In this document: positions 22,093 through 32,008 of the stretch, piece after piece
How positions within the stretch are numbered: the stretch's first letter is position 1
Layout of the letters: every line of letters begins with the position of its first letter
Source of the DNA: an uncultured Pelagibacteraceae bacterium
GTDB taxonomy: Bacteria > Pseudomonadota > Alphaproteobacteria > Pelagibacterales > Pelagibacteraceae
Reading direction: 5' to 3'
DNA length: 64,000 nucleotides
NCBI GenBank assembly: GCA_902629695.1
Contig: CACORY010000001.1
Span: 28,566-92,565 of the forward strand
Translations under genes and position numbers: made by a program
The notes under the pieces: generated by a model
The model's database searches: none
Told to the model about the DNA's origin: nothing
What the model saw: only the letters and a program-made list of their open reading frames with translations

Positions 22093-22168
22093 ACATCAAT
22101 TGATTGTGCAATCTTAGATTTTATTTTTTAACATCTTTTAATTGCACAATCGTAGATTTTATTTTTTT
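22093..22168. repeat. Two imperfect 38-bp tandem units upstream of dnaA
   Basis: 22093-22130 versus 22131-22168 match at 31/38; each has a quasi-palindromic ATTG(TG/CA)CAATC core. Confidence 0.7.
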
Positions 22169-22240
22169 TTTAAAATTTTGAATTATTTGTTGTAATGATT
22201 TTTATTATAGCTTTAACTCAGGCTTCTCCAAATTTTATAA

Positions 22241-23662
22241 ATGACCAATAATTTTTCGAACAATAACCTTCATTCTTTAAAATCACCTAACATAAATTGG
22301 GTTTTAATTCAAAATGACATGAAATTAAAACTCGGTAAAGATATTTATGAAAGCTGGTTAAAAAAAATTAACTTTGTTGAAGAATTTAATAATTATATCT
22401 TATTATCTGTACCAACCAGATTTATTAGAGACTGGATCACCTCAAGGTATTTAGATCAAATTTTACAAATTATTAAAAATTTTAAAAAAGAAATTATTAG
22501 AATAGAATTCAAAATTATTGAGGAAAATACTAAAAAAGAGAACAAAGACAATGGAAATTTTAAAGTTTTAGAAAATAATGAAAATGTTTCCTTTATTAAA
22601 GATACTTATCTTCAATATAATAGGATAGATCCAAATAAAAGTTTTCAAAATTTCATTACTGGAAGTAGTAATAAATTGGCTTACGAAGCATCATTAAAAG
22701 TATCAGAGAACTCTGCACAATATAATCCATTATATATTTATGGAGGAGTTGGAATGGGCAAAACTCATTTGCTAAATTCTATTGGCATAGAATTAAAGAA
22801 TGATAAAAAAGTAATGTTTATATCTGCAGAGAGATTTATGTATCAATTTGTAAAATCCATTAAAGCAAATGAAATGGTTAAATTTAAGGATTATTTCAGA
22901 AATACAGACATTTTATTAATAGATGATATTCAGTTTATGAATGGTAAAGAAGCTATGCAGGAAGAATTTTTTCATACTTTTAATGCTTTACTTGAGAAAG
23001 GTTCACAAATCATAGTTTCAGCCGATAGAGCTCCTAATAAATTATTAAGAATACAAGAAAGAATTAAATCTCGTTTTTCTGGAGGTTTAGTTGTTGATAT
23101 TCAAAAACCAGATTTTGAGTTAAGAAAAAAAATTGTTGAAGCTAAAACTGAGGAACTTTACAATCTACATTCAAAAGAAATTAAAATTACAAAAGACATA
23201 CAAAATTTCATTAGCACAGAAATTACAACAAGCATAAGAGAATTAGTAGGTGCAATTAATCGAGTAGTTTCTTTTTCAAGAATTTATAAAAAAATTCCTA
23301 ATTTATCTGAAATTAAAGTTGTGCTTAAAGATTTATTAAATTTATCTGAAAATAAAGTTACTATAGAATTAATTCAAACCGTAGTTTGTAAATTTTTTAA
23401 AATTAGTAAAAATGAAATGTTGTCATCAAGAAGATCTAGATATTTAGTTAGACCAAGACAAACAGCAATTTACTTAACGAAAATTTTAACTTCAAAGTCT
23501 TTGCCTGAAATTGGCCGTGAATTTTCAAATAGAGATCATACAACAATAATTCATTCAGTAAAAACTATTGAAAAATTAAAAGAAAAAAATCCTGAAATGG
23601 TGGATAATATTAACAAGTTAAAGAATCAGATACTTTACAATAATAAAGAAAATGAAATTTAA
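22241..23662 (+). CDS. dnaA: Chromosomal replication initiator DnaA
   Basis: YNPLYIYGGVGMGKTHL, LLIDDIQF, QEEFFHTFN, RDHTTIIHS. Confidence 0.99.
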   Translation: MTNNFSNNNLHSLKSPNINWVLIQNDMKLKLGKDIYESWLKKINFVEEFNNYILLSVPTRFIRDWITSRYLDQILQIIKNFKKEIIRIEFKIIEENTKKENKDNGNFKVLENNENVSFIKDTYLQYNRIDPNKSFQNFITGSSNKLAYEASLKVSENSAQYNPLYIYGGVGMGKTHLLNSIGIELKNDKKVMFISAERFMYQFVKSIKANEMVKFKDYFRNTDILLIDDIQFMNGKEAMQEEFFHTFNALLEKGSQIIVSADRAPNKLLRIQERIKSRFSGGLVVDIQKPDFELRKKIVEAKTEELYNLHSKEIKITKDIQNFISTEITTSIRELVGAINRVVSFSRIYKKIPNLSEIKVVLKDLLNLSENKVTIELIQTVVCKFFKISKNEMLSSRRSRYLVRPRQTAIYLTKILTSKSLPEIGREFSNRDHTTIIHSVKTIEKLKEKNPEMVDNINKLKNQILYNNKENEI

Positions 23663-24764
23663 CCTTAATCAGCAAGATCTTCAAGAAGCATTAAATTTTT
23701 GTCAAGGTGTTATTGAGAGAAGAAGTACTTTACCAATCCTATCTAACATATTATTAGAGGCCAAGAATAAAAAATTAACAATTACTGCAACAGATCTTGA
23801 TTTAATCTTCATTCATCAAATTCAAGATATTGAAATTCTAGAAGAGGGAAAAACAACCACAACGGCATCAATAATGTATGATATAATAAGAAAAATATCT
23901 TCTGGAAAAAAAATTAATTTAACTTTAAATGATAAAACCAAATTACAACTTGAGTCTGAAAAATCTATTTTTAACTTAAATTGTATTGATGCTTCTGAGT
24001 TCCCACTTACTGAAGAAAATTTTAATAATAATGAGTTCTCTATAAAATCGAAACAATTATTAAAATTGTTAAATAAATGTAAATTTTCTGTTTCAAGTGA
24101 TGAAACGCGTCATTATTTAAGTGGAATTTTTTTTCACCAAACTGAGGTTGAAGATAAAAATTATTTAACCGCAGTAGCTACTGATAGCCATAGAATGTCT
24201 ATATCTAAAATAAGACTTGATCAGAAAATTGATTTTGAACAAATAATCCTTCCAAAAAAAACTATTTTTCAATTATGCTCACTGCTTGATAGTTATGATG
24301 GTGACGTAAAAATTTCTAATATTAAATCAAAAATAAAATTTGAATTAAAAAATAGTATTTTAATTTCAAAATTAATTGATGGAAAATTTCCAAATTATAT
24401 TCAGGTCATACCAAAAAATAACCAAAAAAAGTTAGAGATTGATCTTAAACTTTTTATTGACTCTGTAGACAGAGTGGCATCTGTTTCTTTAGACAAAAAA
24501 GATAGCGTGAAATTTATTTTAGCAAAAGATATATTAAATTTATCTGTAAATAATACAAATAGTGGTGATGGTAAAGAAACTTTACCAGTCAAATTTGATC
24601 ATGAACTTGAGATTAGTTTTAATTCAAGATACTTAATTGATGTAGCATCACAATTAGATGGAAATAAAATTGAACTATTTCTGAATGATACTGGCTCTCC
24701 AGCATTAATTAAAGATCCTGGTGATTTTGATAGTATTTTTGTCATAATGCCTATGAAAGGTTAA
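23652..24764 (+). CDS. dnaN: DNA polymerase III beta clamp
   Basis: LPILSN, ATDLD, ETRHYLSG, ATDSHR, LIDGKFP, VIMPM. Confidence 0.98.
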   Translation: MKFNLNQQDLQEALNFCQGVIERRSTLPILSNILLEAKNKKLTITATDLDLIFIHQIQDIEILEEGKTTTTASIMYDIIRKISSGKKINLTLNDKTKLQLESEKSIFNLNCIDASEFPLTEENFNNNEFSIKSKQLLKLLNKCKFSVSSDETRHYLSGIFFHQTEVEDKNYLTAVATDSHRMSISKIRLDQKIDFEQIILPKKTIFQLCSLLDSYDGDVKISNIKSKIKFELKNSILISKLIDGKFPNYIQVIPKNNQKKLEIDLKLFIDSVDRVASVSLDKKDSVKFILAKDILNLSVNNTNSGDGKETLPVKFDHELEISFNSRYLIDVASQLDGNKIELFLNDTGSPALIKDPGDFDSIFVIMPMKG

Positions 24765-25462
24765 TAAATTTTATTAAGTTCATCATATATATTTTTTTCC
24801 AAAATTTTTAAAAAAGTTTCTTTATCGTGACCAAATTTTATTGGACTAAGAATGGAAACTATAATTTCTTTATTAGATTTTTTTTTTCCAGTTTTGGGCC
24901 AAACTACACCAGAATTAATCGCTAAAGGTAGACATTCTATTTTTAATTGTTCATAAATTTTTCCAACGCCTTTTTTAAAAGGAGGTCTTTCATATGGTAG
25001 AACTCTAGTTGCTTGTGGGAAAATTATTAAAGGTCTGTAAGATTCATTCACATGTTTAATAATATCATCAAGAAAACCTAAATTTTCTTTTGTAATTTTG
25101 TTTCTTCTGATTGAAATAGAACCTATTTTTTTAAGATACCATCCGAATATTGGTATTTGTAAAAGTTCATTTTTTAGAATAAAAACTGGACCATTAAAAA
25201 TTGTTTGAAGAAAAAAAGTCTCAAACATAGATTGGTGAGATGCAGCAATAAAAAATTTTTGATTTTTATTAATATTTTCAAGTCCTCTAATTGTAATTTT
25301 TGTTGAAAGAAAAAATTTTAAACAAAAACTAGACCAATAACCCATTAATTTTCCACCAAAGATAACAACTTTTTTAGGCATTAATAAAGAGGGTAAAAAA
25401 ATTACAGAAATAAAAATTATTCCAAAAAAGAAAAAAATTAAAAAAATTGTATTTCTAAACAC
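24761..25462 (-). CDS. plsC: 1-acyl-sn-glycerol-3-phosphate acyltransferase
   Basis: SHQSMFE (HX4D-like), IIFPQATR, PFKKG. Confidence 0.85.
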   Translation of the reverse strand: MFRNTIFLIFFFFGIIFISVIFLPSLLMPKKVVIFGGKLMGYWSSFCLKFFLSTKITIRGLENINKNQKFFIAASHQSMFETFFLQTIFNGPVFILKNELLQIPIFGWYLKKIGSISIRRNKITKENLGFLDDIIKHVNESYRPLIIFPQATRVLPYERPPFKKGVGKIYEQLKIECLPLAINSGVVWPKTGKKKSNKEIIVSILSPIKFGHDKETFLKILEKNIYDELNKIY

Positions 25463-25474
25463 TTAAATTCAATC

Positions 25475-26689
25475 CTATATTAAGTCTTTAAGTTTTTGCC
25501 TTTTACCAATAATTCTTATTTTAGAATTTTTAATCAGAAGTTCGGTTACTTTTGGTCTTAAATTATAATTTGAGCTTAAAGACATTCCATATGCTCCTAC
25601 ATCTAAAATAATGACTAAATCTTTTTCTTTGAGTTTTTGGAAATTTTTGAAAATTGCAAATTTATCAGTGCTTTCACAAATCGGACCAACGAATTCATAT
25701 CTTTTTTTTGATTTTTTAATACTCATTTTAACAGGTATTATTCTATGAGTTGCATTGTATAATGCTGGACGCATAAAATCATTCATAGCTGCATCCAAAA
25801 TAACAAAATCTTTTTTTGAACTTTCTTTAATATAAATCACTTTTGAAATCAAAATCCCTGAATTGCCAATTATAGATCTACCAGGTTCAAAAATTATTTG
25901 ACATTTTTGTTTTTTTAAAAATTTTTTTATTAATATGGAATATTTTTTAAGACTTAATCTTTTTTTGCTATTATTATAATTAATTCCCATTCCTCCCCCA
26001 AGATCAACAAACTGAAATTGATATCTTGATTTTTCTATTATCTTTTCCAAAACTTTAAGCATTTTTTTATATGGATCAATATCAAGTATTTGGCTACCAA
26101 TATGTACACTTATACATTTTAATTTCAAATTTTGAGAATTTTTTGAGTAATTTACTAAATCTAAAAAAACTTTTTCGTTTACACCAAATTTATTCTCTTT
26201 TTTCCCAGTTGAAATTTTACTTAAAGTTTTAGCATCTGTATTTGGATTCAGTCTAATCCCAATATTAACTTTTCTATTATTTTTTTTTGCAATACGTTCA
26301 ATTTCTAAAATTTCACTTTTAGACTCTGCATTAATTAGCAATATTTTTTTTCTGACAGCATATTCAATTTCATTTGATGTTTTTCCAACACCAGAAAATA
26401 CTATTTTATTAGGTTTTATCCCCGATTTTAATGATCTCATCAATTCACCGATTGAAACTACATCAGCACCTAAGCCTAATTTTCCAATTTCACTCAATAA
26501 GGTTTTATTTGGATTTGATTTAACTGAAAAACAAATCATTGGCTTTATTGATTTAAAATTTTTTTTAAAATTTAAGATATTCTGTTTTAATTTTTTAAAT
26601 GAATAACAATAAAGTGGTGTTGCATATTTTTTTGCCAGCACACTAGTTTTAATATTATCTACTAAAAATTCTTTTTTTTTGTATATCAT
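25475..26689 (-). CDS. lysA: Diaminopimelate decarboxylase
   Basis: SVKSN, KFG, HIGSQ, DLGGG, EPGRS, GPICESTD, GAYGMSLSSNYN. Confidence 0.97.
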   Translation of the reverse strand: MIYKKKEFLVDNIKTSVLAKKYATPLYCYSFKKLKQNILNFKKNFKSIKPMICFSVKSNPNKTLLSEIGKLGLGADVVSIGELMRSLKSGIKPNKIVFSGVGKTSNEIEYAVRKKILLINAESKSEILEIERIAKKNNRKVNIGIRLNPNTDAKTLSKISTGKKENKFGVNEKVFLDLVNYSKNSQNLKLKCISVHIGSQILDIDPYKKMLKVLEKIIEKSRYQFQFVDLGGGMGINYNNSKKRLSLKKYSILIKKFLKKQKCQIIFEPGRSIIGNSGILISKVIYIKESSKKDFVILDAAMNDFMRPALYNATHRIIPVKMSIKKSKKRYEFVGPICESTDKFAIFKNFQKLKEKDLVIILDVGAYGMSLSSNYNLRPKVTELLIKNSKIRIIGKRQKLKDLI

Positions 26690-26814
26690 TACACCTTATT
26701 GGTTTTGGTGTTGAGTATTTTTGAGTCTTTTTCTTTGTATACAGGATCTCCTTTTTTTCCACATGCAAAAAAAAGTGTACTTAGAACTAAAATTATAAAT
26801 AATTTTTTTATCAT
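26689..26814 (-). CDS. Small lipoprotein, LptM/YifL/LppL-like (41 aa; absent from ORF track)
   Basis: Manual translation MIKKLFIILVLSTLFFACGKKGDPVYKEKDSKILNTKTNKV; lipobox followed by CGKKG; ATGA overlap with argH and TAATG overlap with lysA. Confidence 0.8.
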   Translation of the reverse strand: MIKKLFIILVLSTLFFACGKKGDPVYKEKDSKILNTKTNKV

Positions 26815-28202
26815 ATTATTTTTTTATATTTCAATATCATTTTTTTGATATTATAAAAAGCTGTTCCTCCATAAGATTTTTTTGAGTTTATAGAATTTTT
26901 AAGGTCAAAAACTTTTAATACATCATTTGTTAATTTTGGTTCGATTTTTTTTAAATCTTGAATAGACAAATCCTCAAGTTTTTTTTTATTCTTTTCCGCA
27001 AAATTTACCAGCTGAGCCGTTATTTGATAAGCTTCTCTAAAGGATTTAGAATGATTTTTAACTAAATAGTCTGCTAAGTCAGTAGCTGTCAAATATCCTA
27101 TATTTGCAAGTTCATACATTTTCTTCTTATTCGGAATTACATTTATTAAAGTTTCATTCAAAATTCTTAAACAATTTATAAGCGTATCATTTGCTTTAAA
27201 AACAATTTCTTTATCGTCTTGTAAATCTTTGAAATATGACAATGGCAATCCTTTTAAAATTGTTAGCATTGAAAATAAATTACCATATACCAAGCCTGTT
27301 TTTCCTCTTAAGTATTCTAGTAAATCTGGATTTTTTTTTTGGGGCATTATAGATGAGCCTGTAACAACTTTATCAGATAATCTTATTAGATTAAAACCAT
27401 CTGAATTCCAAATTATTAATTCTTCTGCAATTCTAGATATATGCATTGAGCAGACTGAACAATTATATAAAAAATCTAAAACAAAATCTCTATCAGAAAT
27501 AGTGTCAATAGAATTATTTGTTGGACTTTTGAAACCTAATTTTTTTGTTGTGTATTTTCTATCTATATTAAATGATGTTCCAGATAAAGCACAAACGCCT
27601 AGAGGGTTTTCATTTAAATTATCTAAACTATTTTTAAATCTTTTTTTATCTCTTAAAAAAATTTCGACATAAGCCATCAAATAATGTGCAAAAGATATAG
27701 CTTGAGCATTTTTAAGGTGTGTAAAACCAGGCATAATAGTTTCAATATTTTTTTCTGATATCTTTAAAATTGTTTTTATTATGTTGTCTAAATTATTACT
27801 GATTTTTTCTGTATTTGATCTCATCCATATTTTTAAATCTGTAATTATTTGATCATTTCTTGAACGAGCTGTATGTATATATCCAGCATCATCACCAATA
27901 ATTTGAAACAATCTCTTCTCAATATTCATATGAATGTCCTCATAGTTCATATTAAATTCAAATTTTTTTTTTATAATCTCATTTTGAATTTTTTTAAGAC
28001 CATAGATAATCTTATTTTTAACTCTAAAAGAAATTATTTTTTGTTTGAAGAGCATTTCGACATGTACAATTGAACCTTGAATGTCCTCTTTAAACAGTCT
28101 TTTATCTATGTTGATTGAACTTCCAATCTTTTGAAAAGTTGATGAAATTTGTTTTTTAATACGAGTGTTCCAAATTGCCTGATTGTTTTTATTTTTTACC
28201 AT
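26811..28202 (-). CDS. argH: Argininosuccinate lyase
   Basis: EDIHMNIE, HTARSRNDQ, GSSIMPQKKNPD, KDLQDDKE. Confidence 0.98.
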   Translation of the reverse strand: MVKNKNNQAIWNTRIKKQISSTFQKIGSSINIDKRLFKEDIQGSIVHVEMLFKQKIISFRVKNKIIYGLKKIQNEIIKKKFEFNMNYEDIHMNIEKRLFQIIGDDAGYIHTARSRNDQIITDLKIWMRSNTEKISNNLDNIIKTILKISEKNIETIMPGFTHLKNAQAISFAHYLMAYVEIFLRDKKRFKNSLDNLNENPLGVCALSGTSFNIDRKYTTKKLGFKSPTNNSIDTISDRDFVLDFLYNCSVCSMHISRIAEELIIWNSDGFNLIRLSDKVVTGSSIMPQKKNPDLLEYLRGKTGLVYGNLFSMLTILKGLPLSYFKDLQDDKEIVFKANDTLINCLRILNETLINVIPNKKKMYELANIGYLTATDLADYLVKNHSKSFREAYQITAQLVNFAEKNKKKLEDLSIQDLKKIEPKLTNDVLKVFDLKNSINSKKSYGGTAFYNIKKMILKYKKII

Positions 28203-28226
28203 GGTAATTACTTATACCTTTTTAAT

Positions 28227-28736
28227 ATGAGATTTTTAACAATATTTATTTTTTTGTTATTAAATTCCTTTTCGCTTGAAGCTTCAGAAATTAAGAATTT
28301 AATTATTCATGAAGAGCCTAAGAAATATGATGATTTGTCATTTTTAGACGATAAGAATAACGAATTAAAACTCAATAGTTTTAAAGGAAATGTCATTTTG
28401 TTAAATTTTTGGGCAACATGGTGTGCTCCATGTAAAGAAGAAATGCCTTCGCTTGATCTTCTTGAAGAAAATAAGGAATTGAATAATTTAAAAATATTTC
28501 CAATAAATATTGGAAAAGATAACTTGAACAAAGCTATGAGTTTTTTCAAGAATTTAAAAATTAAAAATTTAAATTTATATTTTGATAATCCAGAAACTTT
28601 AGCCAAAAAACTTTCTTTAAGGGGCCTACCAACAACAATTTTATTGAATAAAAAGGGAGATGAGTTTGCCAGAATTATTGGATCTATAGATTTTTCAGAT
28701 GAAAAATTTCTTGAGTGGTTAAAGCAACATAATTAA
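28227..28736 (+). CDS. TlpA-family thiol:disulfide oxidoreductase
   Basis: LNFWATWCAPCKEEMP, GLPTT; start reassigned to ATG 28227 (MRFLTIFIFLL anchor). Confidence 0.9.
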   Translation: MRFLTIFIFLLLNSFSLEASEIKNLIIHEEPKKYDDLSFLDDKNNELKLNSFKGNVILLNFWATWCAPCKEEMPSLDLLEENKELNNLKIFPINIGKDNLNKAMSFFKNLKIKNLNLYFDNPETLAKKLSLRGLPTTILLNKKGDEFARIIGSIDFSDEKFLEWLKQHN

Positions 28737-28936
28737 TTTTTAAAAAAATAGGCAAATCCAATAAGAACTATTATAGCTATAAATTGTAGCAAAACCCTTA
28801 ATTGCATTAATTTGTTTGAATATTTTTTACTAGTTTCTCCTCCTTTAAATAAAGTTCCAATTCCAAGAATGAGAACTACACCAACTGAAATTAATAATAT
28901 GATAGATAATAATTTTACAAATATTCCAGAAACCAT
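28733..28936 (-). CDS. HIG1-domain twin-transmembrane small protein
   Basis: Two TM helices flanking SNKLMQLRVLLQ. Confidence 0.8.
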   Translation of the reverse strand: MVSGIFVKLLSIILLISVGVVLILGIGTLFKGGETSKKYSNKLMQLRVLLQFIAIIVLIGFAYFFKN

Positions 28937-28991
28937 GTATGTATTGTAGGGTGTTTTAAAAATAAAAAAACATAATTATTAAATTAAAAGT

Positions 28992-29645
28992 ATGACATTT
29001 TGTCTAGAAACAGTCTTTATCAAACCTAAAAAAGATGCTCAAATTAAAAGTGCTATAATTTTGTTGCATGGCTATGGAGGAGATGGAAAAGATATAAGTA
29101 TGCTATCTTTAAATTGGAAAAGATATTTGCCTAATACAATATTTATTTGTCCAAATGGTCATGAACCATGCTCAATTAATCCATCAGGTTATCAATGGTT
29201 TGATCTTACAAATGATGATACAAAACATATATTAGAAGAGTCTATAAAAGCAGAAAAAAAATTGAAAAAATTTATCGATGAGATTAAATCTGAGTTTGGT
29301 CTTAAAAATCAACAGATTTGTCTTTCAGGATTCAGCCAGGGATGTATGATGTCAATAAATTTAGGCTTAACAGCTGAAAAAGAATTTAGTTGCATAGTAG
29401 GATTTTCTGGAAAAATAATCGATCAAAACGATCTAAAATTAAGAATAAAAAACTCTACTAACACTTTATTAATCCATGGAGAAAAGGATCAAGTAGTTTC
29501 ACCAAATTATATGTTGGAAGCTAAAGATTTTTTTATGAGAAACAATATATGTATAGAGACACATCTAATTAAAAACTGCGACCATCATATTCCTATTGAG
29601 GCCTCAAGTATAGCATTAAATTACATTTTAAAAAAAATAAAATAA
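28992..29645 (+). CDS. Phospholipase/carboxylesterase family alpha/beta hydrolase
   Basis: LLHGYG, QWF, GFSQG, IHGEKDQVV, DHHI. Confidence 0.9.
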   Translation: MTFCLETVFIKPKKDAQIKSAIILLHGYGGDGKDISMLSLNWKRYLPNTIFICPNGHEPCSINPSGYQWFDLTNDDTKHILEESIKAEKKLKKFIDEIKSEFGLKNQQICLSGFSQGCMMSINLGLTAEKEFSCIVGFSGKIIDQNDLKLRIKNSTNTLLIHGEKDQVVSPNYMLEAKDFFMRNNICIETHLIKNCDHHIPIEASSIALNYILKKIK

Positions 29646-29689
29646 TTCCTTAATATTGAAATAAATTTTATTTAAGTTAAACTTAAAAT

Positions 29690-30259
29690 ATGAATAGCTT
29701 TGTCGAACAAGAAATTTCATTAGAAAAATGCCCAGCACTAGTTTTAAATGCTGACTATAGGCCTTTAAGTTATTATCCTTTATCTTTGTGGTCATGGCAA
29801 GATACAGTAAAATCAGTTTTTTTAGATCGTGTTATTATAGTAAGTAATTATGATCGAATTGTAAGAAGTCCATCGTTTAACATGCAATTACCAAGTGTTA
29901 TAGCTCTGAAAGATTATATTGTTCCGCAATCTAAACCTAGCTTTACAAGATTTAACGTTTTCTTGAGAGATAAATTTTCATGTCAGTATTGTGGAAGTGG
30001 AGAAGAATTAACATTTGATCATTTGTTACCAAGATCAAAAGGTGGTGAAACAAATTGGGATAATGTTGTTACAGCTTGTTCAGCCTGTAATGTTAAAAAA
30101 GGAGGAAAATTATTAAAATCTTCAGGGATGAAACTCACTCAATATCCTTTTCAACCTTCTACTGAGGATCTTCATCGAAATGGAAAAAATTTTCCACCAA
30201 ATTATTTACATAAAAGTTGGATGGATTATTTGTATTGGGATGTTGAATTAGAGGCTTAA
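29690..30259 (+). CDS. HNH endonuclease (conserved chromosomal family)
   Basis: LVLNADYRPL, RD..CQYCG, LTFDH..PRSKGG..WDNVVTACSACN.KK. Confidence 0.9.
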   Translation: MNSFVEQEISLEKCPALVLNADYRPLSYYPLSLWSWQDTVKSVFLDRVIIVSNYDRIVRSPSFNMQLPSVIALKDYIVPQSKPSFTRFNVFLRDKFSCQYCGSGEELTFDHLLPRSKGGETNWDNVVTACSACNVKKGGKLLKSSGMKLTQYPFQPSTEDLHRNGKNFPPNYLHKSWMDYLYWDVELEA

Positions 30260-30261
30260 AA

Positions 30262-30792
30262 CTAAATTTTTTCAGAAATATTAATTGCGATCTTTGAGCC
30301 AGTTTTTATAATTTTATCCATTAAAGAATATAAACCTTTTTTTGTTGCCCCTTTTTCATAAGCAATATCTTTGTGATGTAGTTCATCCTCTCTAAATTTA
30401 ATAATTTTGTTTTTGAGATTTTTTTCTTCTGGGCCAAGTTGATTAATTTGATTTTGATAATGTTCGTCAATCACTTCTTCGACAGACGCAGTACAAAGCA
30501 TTGCAGCTTTCTTTCCAAGAATTGTAGAGCCAAAGCCTAAACCAACTCCTAATAAATCCCACAAAGGAAGAAATTTAGTTGGTCTTATTTTTCTTTTTTT
30601 AATTTCATTTTCAAAAAATTCACAATGCTCTTTTTCATGAATTTTCATTTCCTCAATAGTTTTTTTCAAATTTTCGTCTTTTACTAGTGTATTCAATGCT
30701 AACAATTGACCTTCATAAATTTTAACTGCACCCCTTTCACCTGCATGGTCTACTCTAATAAACTCTTCAACTTTATTATCTGTTTTTTTCAT
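30262..30792 (-). CDS. coq7: Demethoxyubiquinone hydroxylase (Coq7, di-iron)
   Basis: IRVDHAGERGA..IY.GQ, EKEH, VEEVIDEHY, DELHH. Confidence 0.92.
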   Translation of the reverse strand: MKKTDNKVEEFIRVDHAGERGAVKIYEGQLLALNTLVKDENLKKTIEEMKIHEKEHCEFFENEIKKRKIRPTKFLPLWDLLGVGLGFGSTILGKKAAMLCTASVEEVIDEHYQNQINQLGPEEKNLKNKIIKFREDELHHKDIAYEKGATKKGLYSLMDKIIKTGSKIAINISEKI

Positions 30793-31261
30793 AAGTATTA
30801 AAAATTTTAGTCAATGCAAAAATCAGCAATAGACTTATAACAATATTAATGCTTGTTAGTGATAATCCAAAAATCCTAAATGTCACATCTTTGCAGCTTA
30901 CTCTTTCTTGACTTAATAGTTCAAGCAAATCCTTTTTAGAGATATTTTCATTAAAATTTTTTGTACCACAAACTGATGATTCCTGAAAAAAACCCTGTTC
31001 GATCCCAAAATGATAAATTGAAATTGCAAAAGAAAATATAAATGTAAGAATTAATAACATGATGAAGAATTCTTCATTTTTTTTTAAGATAAATATTGCG
31101 ATAATTAAAATGATACCCATTCCATAAGGAATTCTCTCAATTAAACACAGATTACAAGGTTGGTAACCAAGCACATATTCTATAAAATATGCTGATATTA
31201 ATGCAGTACAAGTTATTAAAAAAATTATTTTTAGATATAACTCTCTCTTTAATTTAGACAT
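30776..31261 (-). CDS. dsbB: Disulfide bond formation protein B family
   Basis: PCNLCLIER, second Cys pair, four TM helices. Confidence 0.85.
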   Translation of the reverse strand: MSKLKRELYLKIIFLITCTALISAYFIEYVLGYQPCNLCLIERIPYGMGIILIIAIFILKKNEEFFIMLLILTFIFSFAISIYHFGIEQGFFQESSVCGTKNFNENISKKDLLELLSQERVSCKDVTFRIFGLSLTSINIVISLLLIFALTKIFNTYEKNR

Positions 31262-31859
31262 TAGATTTTAAAATTAAATAGATTATTATAGCAATTACTA
31301 CAATTAATATTCCAAGAATTGTAAACCATTTGGAACCATGTTTGTCCATAAATTTAGTAAATAAATCACCAAATTTATAAGATAAGAATGCGACCATAAA
31401 AAATCTTAATCCTCTAGAAATTAAGCTTATTAGAATAAAGATAAAAAGATTAAAGCCAATCAAGCCACTCGTTATAGTAAAAACTTTATAAGGAAGAGGT
31501 GTGAAACCTGCTAAAAAAAGTATACCTAACCAAGCATAAAAACCATCACTATTAAGTAAATTGTTTTTGATATCAATTAATTTATCTTCATAACCATAAA
31601 AACTCATAATCTGTGTTCCAAAATCAAAAAAAAATACTCCAATCAGATAGCCTAAAATTCCACCCAAGACTGATGAAATTGTTGTAATAAGAAAAATTTT
31701 AATAAAATCATTTTTTTTCGAAATCACCATTGGAATAACCATTACATCAGGCGGAATAGGAAAAAATGAGCTTTCGACAAATGATACAATTGCTAGGTAA
31801 TATTTAGAACTTTTATGAGCTGCCAAATCTAAACATTTTTTGTAAAGACTATTAAACAT
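31254..31859 (-). CDS. YqaA/DedA family membrane protein
   Basis: SFVESSFFPIPPD, GFTPLPYKVFTI, SRGLRFF. Confidence 0.9.
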   Translation of the reverse strand: MFNSLYKKCLDLAAHKSSKYYLAIVSFVESSFFPIPPDVMVIPMVISKKNDFIKIFLITTISSVLGGILGYLIGVFFFDFGTQIMSFYGYEDKLIDIKNNLLNSDGFYAWLGILFLAGFTPLPYKVFTITSGLIGFNLFIFILISLISRGLRFFMVAFLSYKFGDLFTKFMDKHGSKWFTILGILIVVIAIIIYLILKSNV

Positions 31860-31918
31860 TTTTTAGTTTTAATATAATTTTAGTTCTTATACTATTTATA
31901 ATATTAATAAACAATTAA

Positions 31919-32003
31919 GGGCGAATGGCGGAACTGGTAGACGCGCACGACTCAAAATCGTGTTTCGCAAGAAGTGAGAGTTCGATTCTCTCTTCGCCCA
32001 CCA
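31919..32003 (+). tRNA. tRNA-Leu(CAA)
   Basis: GGGCGAA/TTCGCCC acceptor stem, CACGA-CTCAAAA-TCGTG anticodon arm, long variable arm, TTCGA T-loop, encoded CCA. Confidence 0.97.
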
Positions 32004-32008
32004 AAGTT

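Noticed and set aside
21921-22240. oriC in the rpsT-dnaA spacer
   Set aside because: No cluster of canonical DnaA boxes was seen, and alphaproteobacterial origins are often unlinked to dnaA. Only the tandem repeat is reported.
29690-30259. HNH endonuclease as a mobile or defence element
   Set aside because: It belongs to a conserved chromosomal HNH type, with no flanking repeats, methylase or compositional anomaly.
31925-32008. N-terminal extension of the 607-aa ORF (MAELVDAHDSKS...)
   Set aside because: It is the translation of tRNA-Leu; the real start is 32009.
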